Assembly (NCBI RefSeq): GCF_963921235.1
Contig: NC_086097.1
Coordinates: 88,600,001-88,664,000, forward strand
Origin: Mobula hypostoma
Lineage: Eukaryota
DNA length: 64,000 nt
Direction of reading: 5' to 3'
The notes below the pieces were generated by a model. That model was not told the origin of the DNA and did not search any database. It was given only the letters and a program-made list of their open reading frames with translations. The position numbers and the translations under genes were made by a program. This document shows, in pieces, positions 37,700 through 50,128 of this stretch; position 1 is the stretch's first letter; the number at the start of each line of letters is the position of its first letter.

Positions 37700-39758
37700 A
37701 AAGCGTCCCAAGATAGAATCTTATCAACAATGTGATGAGTTTGGGAACTATCACCTCAGGTTCAAGAGGATGGCCCAGATGAGGGGATGGCCAGAGAAGG
37801 AGTGGGTCTGCCAACTAGTGCCACTGCTGATGGATAAAGCTCTCAAAGCCTACGCTGCAATGGATGAAGAAAGGTCCAACAACTATCCTGGCCTGAAGGA
37901 GGCGCTGCTGGCTCAACTTAATATCTCAGCAGAAACCTATCATCAACGCTTCCATTCCAGTACACTACATCGGGTGAGTCACCCATGGAAACGTATCATT
38001 GCCGAGGGGTCTCAACTGGCAATGGATTCAACCAGAGCAGATGTCCAAGGAGGAGATTAGTGAGGCTATTGTTCTGGAGCAGGTGCTGTGGGTTCTTCCT
38101 CCATATACCCGAGCATGGGTCCGGTCCAAGAGGACGAGCCAGCGGATGGACTCACTGCAGTACCTCGATACCTGTAAGGGGGCACCATCACACCATCATT
38201 CTGAAGGAACGGTAACTCTAAAACACCAAGAGACTCTCAGGTTAACTCTGCTGAACTGGAGACTGGGAGAAACAAGGGCAAAGGACCTTTAGTGGTTTCT
38301 TCTAAGACTTTTATTTGCTGCCATTGTCAGCAGCCAGGTCATACGTCCTCTCTGTGAACTGTCAAGAAGTCCAAATTGTCAGGTGTGTGCTACGTACCAA
38401 GAAAATGAGAACGTGATGATGCTGATAATGACTGTAATGGTTGTGAGTATGTTTTTAGAAAACAAGCAGACTGTGAGAAGAAAGAGCCGGTGTTTATAAT
38501 AGTCACAATTAATGGAAAACCTGGTAAAGCTCTTTTAGATTCTGGTAGGTCACAGTCATTTATTAGGAAAATTCATGCCCCTGCCTTTGGGTTGACCACA
38601 GTCACCAAACACCTGTCCATTGTGTCCATGGTGACTGGAAGTCTGGGCCACTGGCACACTCACCATTGAACTGGATGACCACAAGTATTATGATGAAAGT
38701 GGGGATGCTGGAGCAACACCATTTGACCTGATTCTGGGGAGAGATTTGTCTGTGTTACATGAGTTACTGAAGAAGAAAAATAGCCAATCACGTTTATCTA
38801 TTAATCCAGAAGTAGATAATGCTGTTTCCCATTTTGTTGTGACTTGTGCTAAAACCAAGCAATAGCCGGGTTACAATACCTGCCTGACTTGAATGCTATT
38901 CTGTGTGAGGGAGGAACCAAAAGGCCTAGAAAGTCATGCCAGCAGTGGCGCCATGGGAAATGTGGTGGTTTTCCTGCCTCTGTTGTTAACTGTACCCATG
39001 ACGTACCCGTTGACAGTGACTCTGAAGGGGTCGCGGAGGCCTGGGGAATTTGAACTCTCCCACCTTGATGGCTGCCAACCAGTGGAGCTTCAGATGGTGC
39101 TGATTTTCCACTGCTGTTTCAGCAGAGACCTGGGCTGACAAAGCTCCTGAAACATTCCACCAGGATCAGACCTGACAAGTGTCCAGTGTGCCAGCACTGC
39201 TACAAGGCCCCAGAGTCACTTGTGAGGGCCCTAAAGGATGCAGTTCGGACCATGCTGGAGCTGGGTATCATCGAGCCTTCAAATACTGAGTGGAGCAGTC
39301 CTATCGTTATCGTCTCAAGAAGGATGGCATGCTGAGGGTATACACAGTTGATTGCCGTTTCTTTTTTGATGCTTATCCTATGCTCCGTTTTGATGGCCTA
39401 CTAGAAAGGGTTTGACAAGCAAACTACATTCCTACCCTGGACCTTTGTAAAGGCTGCTGGCAGGTTCCCCTGTACGATCAATCAAAATCCCTCACTGCAT
39501 TCCGTACATTCCTGGGTCTGTTTCAATTCACCATGAAGCCCTTTGATCTTCATGGTGCACCGGCAACATTCCAGTGGATGATGGACTGGGTGATCCAAGA
39601 CTGTAAGGACTGCAGTGTGGCCCATCCAGATCCAGATTGTCTACAGCCAGACATGCTCAGAGCACCTGGACCATCTGCGCAGGGTCCTGGGGAATATTCG
39701 TGCTGCTGGACTCACCCTCATTCTACAAAAATGTGAGTGGGCAACAAGGGAAACTAGA
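37700..39758 (+). mobile_element. Decayed Gmr1-like Ty3/Gypsy retrotransposon (SCAN-like gag, CCHC knuckle, protease, RT N-half)
   Basis: RMAQMRGWPEKEWVCQLVPLL..ETYHQRF; IVLEQVLWVLP..RAWVR; CCHCQQPGH (~38317); VTINGKPGKALLDSG (~38500); LGIIEPSNTEWSSPIVIV; PFDLHGAPATFQ. Confidence 0.85.
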
Positions 39759-39759
39759 T

Positions 39760-41311
39760 CAACATTCACAACATGCTGGAGGAACTCAGCAGGTCGGGCA
39801 GCATCTGTGGAAGCGATCAGTCAACGTTTCGGGCCGGAACCCTTCGTCAGGACCATAGGGGGAAGGGGCAGAGGCCCTATAAAGAAGGTGGGGGGAGGGT
39901 GGGAAGGAGAAGGCTGGTAGATTCCAGGTGAAAAACCAGTAAGGGGAAAGATAAAGGGGTGGGAGAGGGGAAGCAGGGAGGTGATAGGCAGGAAAGGTGA
40001 AGAAGGAATAGGGGAAAACACAATGGGTAGTAGAAGGAGGCAGAACCAAGAGGGAGGTAGTAGGCAGCGGGGGGGGCGGGGGCGGGCAGAGTGACATAGG
40101 GATAGGGGAAGGCAGGGGGAGGGAATTACCGGAAGTTGGAGAATTCTATGTTCATACCAAGGGGCTGGAGACTACCTAGACGGTATATGAGGTGTTGCTG
40201 CTCCAACCTGAGTTTAGCCTCATCATGGCAGTAGAGGAGGCCATGTATGGACATATCTGAATGGGAGTGGGAAGCAGAGTTGAAGTGGGTGGCTACTGGG
40301 AGATCTTGTCTGTTTTGGCAGACGGAGCGGAGGTGCTCGACAAAACGGTCCCCCAATATGCGTCGGGTTTCACTGATGTAGAGGAGGCCACACCAGATGC
40401 AATAGATGACCCCAACAGACTCACAAGTGAAGTGTTGCCTCACCTGGAAGGACTGTTTGGGGCCGTGAATGGTGGCAAGAGAGGAGGTGTAGGGTCAGGT
40501 GTAGCACTTGTGCTTACAGGGATAAGTGCCGGGTGGGAGATCTGTGGGGAGGGACGTGTGGATCAGGGAGTCGCGGAGGGACCGATCCCTGTGGAAAGCG
40601 GAGAGGGGTGGAGAGGGAAAGATGTGCCTAGTGGTCGGGTCCTGTTGAAGGTGGCGGAAATTGCGGAGGATAATGTGCTGGATCCGGAGGCTGGTGGGGT
40701 GGTAGGTGAGGACAAGGGGAACTCTGTCCCTGTTGTGGTGGCGGGAGGATGAGGTGAGGGCCGAAGTGCCGGAAATGGAGGAGATGCAGGTGAGGGCATC
40801 ATTGATGATGGCAGAAGGGAAACCATGATCCTTGAAGAAAGAGGACATTTGAGATGTCCTGGAACGGAAAGTCTCATCCTGGGAGCAGATGCGGCGGAGT
40901 CGGATGAACTGGGAACAGGGAATGGCATTTTTGCATGTGGCAGCATGGGAAGAGGTATAGTCGAGGTAGTTATGAGAGTCAGTGGGCTTGTAGTGGATGT
41001 CAGTGGACAGTCTGTCTCCAGGGATGGAGACCGAGAGATCGAGAAAGGGGAGCGAAGTGTCTGAGATAGATGAAGTGAATTTAAGGGCTGGGTGGAAATT
41101 TGAAATAAAGTCGATAAAATTGACGAGCTCAGCATGGATGCAGGAAGCAGCACCAATGTAGTCGTCAATATAGCGAAGGAAAAGTTGGGGAGCAGTACCA
41201 GAACAGGTTTGGAGCACAGACTGTTCCACATAACCAACGAAGAGGAAGGCATAGCTGGGGCCCATGCGAGTGCCCATAGCTACACCCCTGGTCTGAAGAA
41301 AGTGGGAAAAC
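39760..41311 (-). mobile_element. Penelope-like element (Neptune-type), 5'-truncated: RT C-half, Cys linker, GIY-YIG endonuclease, terminal repeat
   Basis: GVAMGTRMGPSYA, FLRYIDD, LPFLD, YKPTD..YLDY (ORF 40495-41313); YPCKHKCYT linker; VIYCIWC..LYISET..RFVEH..VATHF..GMN (ORF 40126-40443). Confidence 0.95.
39818..39856 (-). ncRNA. Hammerhead ribozyme motif in the PLE 3' terminal repeat
   Basis: Minus strand GGTC CTGACGA A GGGT TCCG GCCC GAAACGTT GACTG. Confidence 0.8.
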
Positions 41312-41313
41312 AA

Positions 41314-44300
41314 TATAAACTAGAATTGTTGGGGAGTGGGAACTGAACTGAAGAGACTGGGGAAGAGGCAGTTGGCTCACAAATAGAGAAAGCTTAGAGA
41401 CAGTGATGAGGAGAGATAGGCAAGTGATAGAGAAGGGATGCGCTCAGACCAACGGTTTGAGATGTGTCCATTTTAACGCAAGGAGTATTGTGAACAAAGC
41501 GAATGAGCTTAGAGGGTGGATCAGTACTTGGAGCTATGATGTGGTGGCCATTACAGAGACTTGGATGGCTCAGGGACAGGAATGGTTACTTCAAGTGCCA
41601 GGTTTTAGATGCTTCTGAAAGGACAGGGAGGGAGGCAAAAGAGGTGGGGGCATAGCACTGTTGATTAGAGATAGTCACGGCTGCAGAAAAGGTGGACGTC
41701 ATGGAGGGATTGTCCAAGGAGTGTCTGTGGGTGGAGGTTAGGAACAGGAAGGGGGTCAATAAATTTACTGGGTGTTTTTTACAGGTCGCCCAATAGTAAC
41801 AGGGATATTGAGGAGCAGATAGAGAAACAGATCCTGGAAAGGTGTAATAATAACAGAGTTGTCGTGATTGGAGATTTTAATATCCCAAATATCAATTGGC
41901 ATCTCCCTAGAGCAAGGGGTTTAGATGCGGTGAAGTTTGTTAGGTGTGTTCAGGAAGGTTTCTTGACACAATATGTAGATAAGCCTACAAGAGGAGAGAT
42001 TATACTTGTTTTGGTATTGGGAAATGAACCTGGTCAGGTGTCAGGTCTCTCAGTGGGAGAGCATTTGGGAGATAGTTATCATAATTCTATCTCCTTTACA
42101 ATAGCATTGGAGAGAGATAGGAACAGACAAGTTAGAAAAGCATTTAATTGGAGTAAGGGGAATTATGAGGCTATCAGGCAGAAAATTGGAAGCTTAAATT
42201 GGGAACAGAGAGTTCTCATGGAAAAGTACGGAAGAAATGTGGCAAATGTTCAGGGGATATTTGTGTGGAGTTCTGCATAGCTACGTTCCAATGAGACAGG
42301 GAAGTTATGGTAGGGTACAGGAACCGTGGAATACAAAGGCTGTAATAGATCTAGTCATGAAGAAAAGAAAAGCTTACGAAAGGTTCAGGGAGCTAGGTAA
42401 TGTTAGAGATCTAGAAAATTATAAGGCTAACAGGAAGGAGTTTAAGAAGGAAATTAGGAGAGCCAGAAGGGGCCATGAAAAGGCCTTGGTGGGCAGGATT
42501 AAGGAAAACCCCAAGGCATTCTACGTGAAGAGCAAGAGGATAAGACATGAAAGAATAGGACCTATCAAGTGTGATAGTAGGAAAGTGTGTATGGAACCGG
42601 AGGAAATAGCAGAGATAATTAATGAATACTTTACTTCAGTATTCACGATGGGAAAAGGACCTTGGTGATTGTAGTGATGACTTGCAGCAGACTGAAAAGC
42701 TTGAGCATGTAGATATTAAGAAAGAGGATGTGCTGGAGCTTTTGGAAAGCATCAAGTTGGATAAGTCGCCGGGAAAGGATGAGATGTACCCCTGGCTACT
42801 GTGGGAGGCGAGGGAGAAGATTGCTGAGCCTCTGGCGATGATCCTTGCATCATCAATGGGAATGGGAGAGGTTCCGGATGATTGGAGGGTTGCAGATGTT
42901 GTTCCTTTATTCAAGAAATGAAGTAAAGATAGCCCAGGAAATTATAGACCAGTGAGTCTTAGTTCAGTGGTTGGTAAGTTGATGGAGAAGATCCTGAGAG
43001 GCAGGATTTATGAACATTTGGAGAGGTATAATATGATTAGGAGTAATCAACAGGGCATTGTCAAGGGTAGGCCGTGCCTTACGAGCCTGATTCAATTTTT
43101 TGAGGATGTACCTAAACACGTTGATGAAGGAAGAGCAGTAGATGTAGTATATATGGATTTTAGCAAGGCATTTGATAAGATACCCCATGCAAGGCTTATT
43201 GAGAAAGTAAGGAGGCATGGGATCCAAGAGGACATTGCTTTGTGGATCCAGAATTGGCTTGCCCACAGAAGGCAAAGAGTGGTTGTAGATGGGTCATATT
43301 CTGCATGGAGGTTGGTGACCAGTGGTGTGCCTCAAGGATCTGTTCTGGGACCCTTACTCTTCGTGATTTTTATAAATGATCTGGATAAGGAAGTGGAGGG
43401 ATGGATTAGTAAGTTTGCTGATGACACAAAGGTTGGAGGTGTTGTGGATAGTGTGGGACGGCTGTCAGAGGTTACAGTGGGACATTGATAGGATGGAAAA
43501 CTGGGCTGAGAAGTGGCAGATGGATTTCAATCCAGTTAAGTGTGAAGTGGTTCAATTTGGTAGGTCAAATATGATGGCGGAATATAGTATTAATGGTAAG
43601 ACTCTTGGCAGTGTGGAGGATCAGTGGAATCTTGGGGGTCCAAGTCCGTAGGACACTCAAAGCAGCTGCGCATGTTGACTCTGTGGTTAAGAAGGCATAC
43701 GGTGTATTGGCCTTCATCAATCGTGGGATTGAATTTAGGAGCCGAGAGGTAATGTTGCAGCTATATAGGACCCTGGTCAGACTGCACTTGGAGTACTGTG
43801 CTCAGTTCTGGTTGCCTCACTACAGGAAGGATACGGAAACCATAGAAAGGGTGCAGAGGAGATTTACAGGGATGCTGCCTGGATTGGGGAGCATGCCTTA
43901 TGAAGACAGGTTGAGTGAACTCAGCCTTTTCTCCTTGGAGCGACAGAGGATGAGAGATGACCTGATAGAGGTGTATAAGATGATGAGAGGCATTGATTGT
44001 GTGGATAGTTAAAGGCTATTTCCCAGGGCTGAAATGGTTGCCACAAGAGGGCACAGGTTTAAGGTGCTGGGGAGTAGGTACAGAGGAGATGTCAGGGGTA
44101 AGTTTTTTTACGCAGAGAGTGGTGAGTGCGTGGAATGGGCTGCCAGCAACGGTGGTGGAGGCGGATACAATAGGGTCTTTTAAGAGACTTTTGGATAGGC
44201 ACATGGAGCTTAGAAAAATAGAGGGCTATGGGTAAGCCTAGTAATTTCTAAGGTAGAGACATGTTCGGTACAACTTTGTGGGTTGAAGGGCCTGTATTGT

Positions 44301-44326
44301 GCTGTAGGTTTTCTGTGTTTCTATGT
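41314..44326 (+). mobile_element. CR1 LINE (second family): ORF1 tail, ORF2 pseudogene, 3' UTR
   Basis: [64 protein letters not shown]; tail ttctgtgtttctatgt. Confidence 0.95.
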
Positions 44327-44337
44327 AAGAAATGCAA

Positions 44338-44590
44338 AGGGAGGATTGACCATCAATTGCAACAAGACCGAATGTGTGGATGTCACAAAGAAGAAATACA
44401 GAGGTGCCAACTGAAAGTGGGTAACAAAAGAATTAAACAAACATGGAATTTCAATTACACAACAACATCTGACAGTAGGGCAGATGCTCAAATTAGAAGA
44501 AGGATTGAAGAGCTTATTAGAACTTCTCAGCTTAAAGGCAGATGGAAGACCATGATCAGCCATGTCATACGACGCAGTACATAATGATGA
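44338..44590 (+). mobile_element. RTE-type LINE RT remnant
   Basis: GLTINCNKTECVDV and TSDSRADAQIRRRIE; tgatgatgatg tail. Confidence 0.6.
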
Positions 44591-45553
44591 TGATGCCCTG
44601 GTGCTCTTTCTTAATGTGGTCTACTCATTAAGTCTAAACAAAGCACAACTATTCTTTTGAGCGTCTCTTTGAAGAATTTATTAAGATTTGCTGTTAGGCC
44701 CTAAAGAGGACATATAATATGCACTATATGACTAAGAAATATGGTTAAGACTCCAGCAACAATTATTTGGGTGTTTTTTTCTGAGGACTTCATCTAAATA
44801 GTATAGTTGATATGTTGCCCCACAAGTTGTAGGATGTTGACTGATTTTCTTTCTAGAGGAGAAGAAATGGAGCAAGAAAGTGGGGGTTGGCTAAATCACA
44901 GCTGCTGCAGCATAGAGGGACAGGAGGGTAAAGTGCCATCCTTCCTCACCGAGCATATTGGACATTCTCTTCCTCTGCCACATCCAATAAAGAATAAACC
45001 CTTTCACTTTGTCTCTTCGCTACCCAGGGGATAGGTGCAATGGAAAGTGAGTGAGCAGCCCACATGCACAGCTCCACTAAAGAATGCATCCTATCAATGC
45101 TTCAGTGCCAATCCCTCATATGTGGCTGGTTTTGCTGAAGATAAACTCAAATTATAGTAATCACCAATTAGGACCAAAACCCCTAGCTAAATTCAGACAT
45201 TCAGAGTCCTGCCTTATTAATACAATCTACATTTATCTGGGAAAGACTTTGTGACCTGATGAAATTGCTACTTTGGAGATTTCATGTGTAATAGAAAATT
45301 TATCACAAAATGTGACCAGCAGTACAATTAGGAGGCAATTTAATACTTATATCCTTGTCCCCGGAGCTAAACATTCATAGAACTCTGCGGACGTTAGTTT
45401 AAAGGAATGAATATTGGAATAAAAATTGTCTATTTAAGAGGTCTGCATAATTTAAGTGAAGGGGATTTTCAGATATTAACTGGTTTTGTCTAGCAAAACA
45501 CAGTAATACAGGTGCAGTAATGAGAGAGTATAAAAACACTTCACACCATCCAC

Positions 45554-45715
45554 AAACAACAGGAATTCTGCAGATGCTGGAAATTCAAGCAACACACGTC
45601 AAAGTTGCTGGTGAACACAGCAGGCCAGGCAGCATCTCTAGGAAGAGGTGCAGTCGACGTTTCAGGCCGAGACCCTTCGTCAGGACTTGACGTTTCAGGC
45701 CGAGACCCTTCGTCA
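45554..45715 (-). mobile_element. Short PLE terminal-repeat insertion with a tandem partial hammerhead duplication
   Basis: TSD tcacaccatccac at 45541-45553 and 45713-45725; full hammerhead 45651-45687 plus partial copy 45689-45715. Confidence 0.92.
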
Positions 45716-46806
45716 CACCATCCACCATGTTTTAAAAGATTGTATACTCAGTGTGTTCAAGATACTTGATGAAAATAATCTTCATCATTTTTTGATGAGG
45801 ATATAACAAGTCAGTTTTGGATATCCTCTAAGCCCATTAGTGATGCCCAGCTTTAGATTGATAGGACTGTTCTATGTCTGCCCCACTGAACATGGAACTA
45901 CATGATTTAAGGTCTTCTCAGTACAAAGTGAGGTCTTTGTATCCTCAGGGTCCATGTAGATGTCTCTCCTACCAATATTGCCATGAATAGATACAGCTGT
46001 GTCAGCTAGATTTGTAAGTGCATTTTTCTCTCATGGTGTTATTCTCACTACCTGCTGCAAGCACAGAATAACATCTATGCCATTCAGGACTCAAACAATG
46101 CATTTGCCAATGGTATCACCAAGTCATTACCCAGTGTTAAGTCAGTGTCCTTGCTAACTCAATGCCACTTTAAGAAATGTTCATTGTTGAAGTACATCAA
46201 ATCAGCAGCTAATGAATTAGTATTCAATAGTTTTGACCTGAGAACAATGGTAAACAGTCAATGTTCAGGACTTGTAGAAATATACTTCACTTACAATAAC
46301 AAACTGGCATTTTTGTCTGTAACATAATGGAAGCTGTATTGTACCAGAGTACTTTGCTACTAGTGTTCATAAAAATTATGTCGACAGAACCTGAGTCCTT
46401 GACAAACTGCAGACCCAGCAGATGTGTTACTGGAGGAATGCCAAGTACAGTGATTAAGCAGGTGAACAGAATGCACCCTGTCCTTGAATTGACATGCAGT
46501 AGCAAAAGGAGCCACTTGTGTATAAAGGAATGACTATGCTGTCTGTTTTTTCTAAGCTATCACCGGCTCTTATATAGTGCTAGTCTTCCCTTGCTGTAAG
46601 TAAAATAAATGTACTTATGATTGATCCACACTGAGTGAATTGTTGTTTGTTATAAGATGTAGCGAAAAGGTACTCGACAGGCTCCAAATGCTACGCCCTT
46701 ATTCTGTTGCTATCTCTTGGGTTGGACCACCAATGGGAAATACCTGGTGATGGTACTGCAGAAGATTGTGTCGTTAGCTGAAATCTATGACTTGGTCTGT
46801 TTTAGG

Positions 46807-46885
46807 CAGGGATTCTCAACTGTGGTCCACAGACCCCTCGATTAATGGTAGGGGTCCATGGCATAAAATAGGTTGGGAACCCCTA
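46807..46885. mobile_element. hAT MITE, opposite-orientation copy of 5069-5147
   Basis: cagggattctcaac..ggttgggaaccccta; TSD gttttagg / gtttaagg. Confidence 0.85.
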
Positions 46886-47329
46886 GTTTAAGGGAGAGCT
46901 CTTCAGCTCTTCCAATTAAGCATAAATCCCAAGATGTTAATGTGGGGGATTTTTACTGCCAACCAGACTGCAATGAACATTGTACTATGTTGTGACAGAG
47001 ACTTTCAAAAGCATTTTAGATAGGCACATCAATGGAGGAATATGGAGATGGGATTGATTTAGTTGGACATTTAATTACTAGTTTAATTAGTATGGCACAA
47101 CGTCATGGCTGAAGGGTCTCCTCCTGTGCTATACCATTTCTATGTTAACTCTGTCTTTGTTGAATCACATTGGTTAAAACTATATGGGTTGTTCATCTTG
47201 TTTTTTAATCTGAGAGGAACTAAACAAGTTGAAGTGGCTCAGACGTACTCCAAGAGTTTTGGGGTTCAATTTCTGCAATAAAGGGCTGCAAGTAGCAGGT
47301 TAAATTTCAATAAATCAGCTCTAAGAATA

Positions 47330-48076
47330 TAGTAGTAGCAGTAGTAGTAGTAGTCATACTTTATTGATCCCGGGGGAAATTGGTTTTCGTTACAGTTGCA
47401 CTATAAATAATAAATAGTAATAGAACCATAAATAGTTAAATAGTAATATGTAAATTATGCCAGTAAATTATGAAATAAGTCCAGGACCAGCCTATCGGCT
47501 CAGTGTGTCTGACCCTCCAAGGGAGGAGTTGTAAAGTTTGATGGCCACAGGCAGGAATGACTTCCTATGACGCTCTGTGTTGCATCTCAGTGGAATGAGT
47601 CTCTGGCTGAATGTACTCCTGTGCCCACCCAGTACATTATGAGAGACATTGACCAAGATGGCATGCAACTTAGACAGCATCCTCTTTTCAGACACCACCG
47701 TGAGAGAGTCCAGTTCCATCCCTACAACATCACTGGCCTTACGAATGAGTTTGTTGATTCTGTTGGTGTCTGCTACCCTCAGCCTGCTGCCCCAGCACAC
47801 AACAGCAAACATGATAGCACTGGCCACCACAGACTCGTAGAACATCCTCAGCATCGTCTGGCAGATGTTAAAGGACCTCAGTCTCCTCAGGAAATAGAGA
47901 CGGCTCTGACCCTTCTTGTAGACAGCCTCAGTGTTCTTAGACCAGTCCAGTTTATTGTCAATTCATATCCCCAGGTATTTGTAGTCCTCCACCATGTCCA
48001 CACTGACCCCCTGGATGGAAACAGTTCTCCTCAGGTCTACCACCAGCTCCTTAGTCTTTTTCACATTAAGCTGCAA
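47330..48076 (-). mobile_element. Rex1/Babar LINE 3' fragment
   Basis: LQLNVKKTKELVVDLRR, YKYLG, MFYESVVASAIMFAVVCWG, KSFLPVAIKLYN; tail gatcaataaagtatgac(tac)n. Confidence 0.92.
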
Positions 48077-48137
48077 ATACAAAGATGCAAAAAAAACCTT
48101 CTTCAAATAACGCCACGGGAGCATTAGCCACATGAGA

Positions 48138-48428
48138 GTGCGGCACAGTAGCATAGTGGTTAGCACAACACTTTACAGTATCAGTGACAGGGGTTCGATT
48201 CCCGCCACTGCCTGTAAGGAGTTTGTACGTTCTCCCCGTAACTACATGGGTTTCCTCCAGTTGCTCTGGTTTCCTCCCACATTCCAAAGACATACCGGTT
48301 GGTAGGCTTCTTGGTCATTGTAAATTCTCCCATGATTAGGCTAGGATTAAATCAAGGGATTGCTGGGCAATGAAACTCGAAGGGCCGGAAAGGCCTGTTC
48401 CGCACTGTATCTCAATAAATAAATAAAT
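48138..48428 (+). mobile_element. tRNA-derived V-SINE (HE1-like)
   Basis: A box tagcatagtgg, B box ggttcgattcc, V-domain ggagtttgtacgttctcccc..gggtttcctcc..ggtttcctcccacattccaaagacat, LINE-like tail and (aaat)n. Confidence 0.85.
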
Positions 48429-49710
48429 CAAGATAAATGTTTCAGCTTATTTGAGAAACATCATTTGCAGCTGTGGTGCCATTGCTCAGTATAGCACTGT
48501 ACTGTCAGCCTAGATTGTGTGTTTGAGCCCCTGGATCGAACCCATATCCTTCTGACTTTTATCTCAGTCTGAGAGAATTAAACCTGGTAGCTAAATGGTT
48601 TCCATTTTCATTTGTTACTACTGAAAAGTTGAAGTACTTTAAAATGGCTCTGGATTTTCCATAAAACCTGTGAAATTGACTGGTTTATTTTTGATCCAGT
48701 TTCACAGTTCTGTTTTTCTTAGTGTAATACAGAAGTTATGTAAGAAATTTCAGAAAATTATTTCTCAATTGTTTAAAATCAAATTTGAAGCATATTCTTT
48801 AATATTTCCCCATTTTCCTTTCCTCTTTCAATCTTCATCCAAGCCCAAGGGTAAACATATAGATCTCTTTCAATAACAGGAAAAAATAGTGCAGATTTGA
48901 AACAAAGAAGCAGAAAGTGCCTGAAGAACGCAGCTAATTTGGCTTTCCCCATTTGGATATAGATCTGAACTCTAGCTCAGATCTACATCTATATATTAAA
49001 GCACTGTTCTCTTTTGCTGATTTGATGGAGCTGTATACTAAAGCATTTTACTTAAGTGATTTCTGCTACCAGCAAGATAGTGCATTCAATGTCTTGAGAA
49101 GCAATGAAAATTAAAAATCAAATCTTTAATGTTTCAAAATGTGATGCATACTAGTGAAACAGTACCAAGGGGTTCTTTAGTCTGCACTAAAATATTTGCA
49201 TTTTCCTTTACAGAAGCCAAAAGCCGCTGCATTATTTATGGTACATCACTTTGTATTGTCATTAGAGTGTTAGAAACCAACAAGCTTCACCTTAAAAACT
49301 TTACAATCTCATACAGATCAAAATATGTTACAATCATTCCCTCTAGGCTATTTGATGCAATTGATTCATCTCCTGCCAATTGTGCATCTCATGTCTTCCC
49401 TACTTAATTTTTCTCTTGGCAAGTGGCCAATAAGAACAAGAGTTTTAACTCAAAACTACACATTATAATCCACCATCATCCTATTTAGGCAATCTTATAG
49501 TTATCATCAGATCATTTGTGATTATAAATTAAAATGAATATAAGAACAGATGCTAAACTCACAAAATCCAGTGTAATATTCAGGACTGTTGAAGTCAACA
49601 TCAGACAGGGTGTCATACGGGTGATTAATAGAATGTCATGTGTTTGCCATCTCTACTGATATTCCTTACAATATTCTCAGAGCCAATCTGTCCCAATTTC
49701 TGTAGCTGCC

Positions 49711-50028
49711 TCTCATGAAATGGAGAGGAGGCATGACCCAAATGCAGAACAGCAGAGACAATTAACAGTGAATGATAACTTTAATAATAACTTGCAAAAT
49801 AACAAAGCATGAGGGGCCACAAAACCAGAGAGAGAACTGATACTTAACATGACAAAGCAGCAAGGTAACTGAAGGCTAGAAGCGACTAGCTGGTTCAAAT
49901 GAGTGAACTAGGACTGTGGAGGAGGGCTGGGTTGAAATAGACTGCAGGCGATGAGTTGGAAACAAGTAGCAGATGACTGCGGTTAACTGGATAGAGACTG
50001 GGTGGAGGCTGCATGTGCAGGCCTGACG
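49711..50028 (-). mobile_element. Possible solo LTR
   Basis: Degenerate termini tctcatga..cctgacg; gacccaaatgcaga motif; minus-strand attaaa; no TSD found. Confidence 0.3.
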
Positions 50029-50128
50029 GTCATCATACTTTAGTAACTTACACCAATGCTTAGAATCACGCACTGAAAAATAAAATGAACGCATAGTGCC
50101 TCAAATTGAATGGACTTCCCATCAAACT

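Noticed and set aside
46318..46655. Possible solo LTR (tgtaac start, tataaa, aataaa)
   Set aside because: No CA end, TSD or second copy
48138..48210. tRNA gene
   Set aside because: The A/B boxes belong to a SINE head and no complete cloverleaf forms
49195..49250. Possible micro-exon after ttttcctttacag
   Set aside because: Weak donor (gtacat) and no supporting homology
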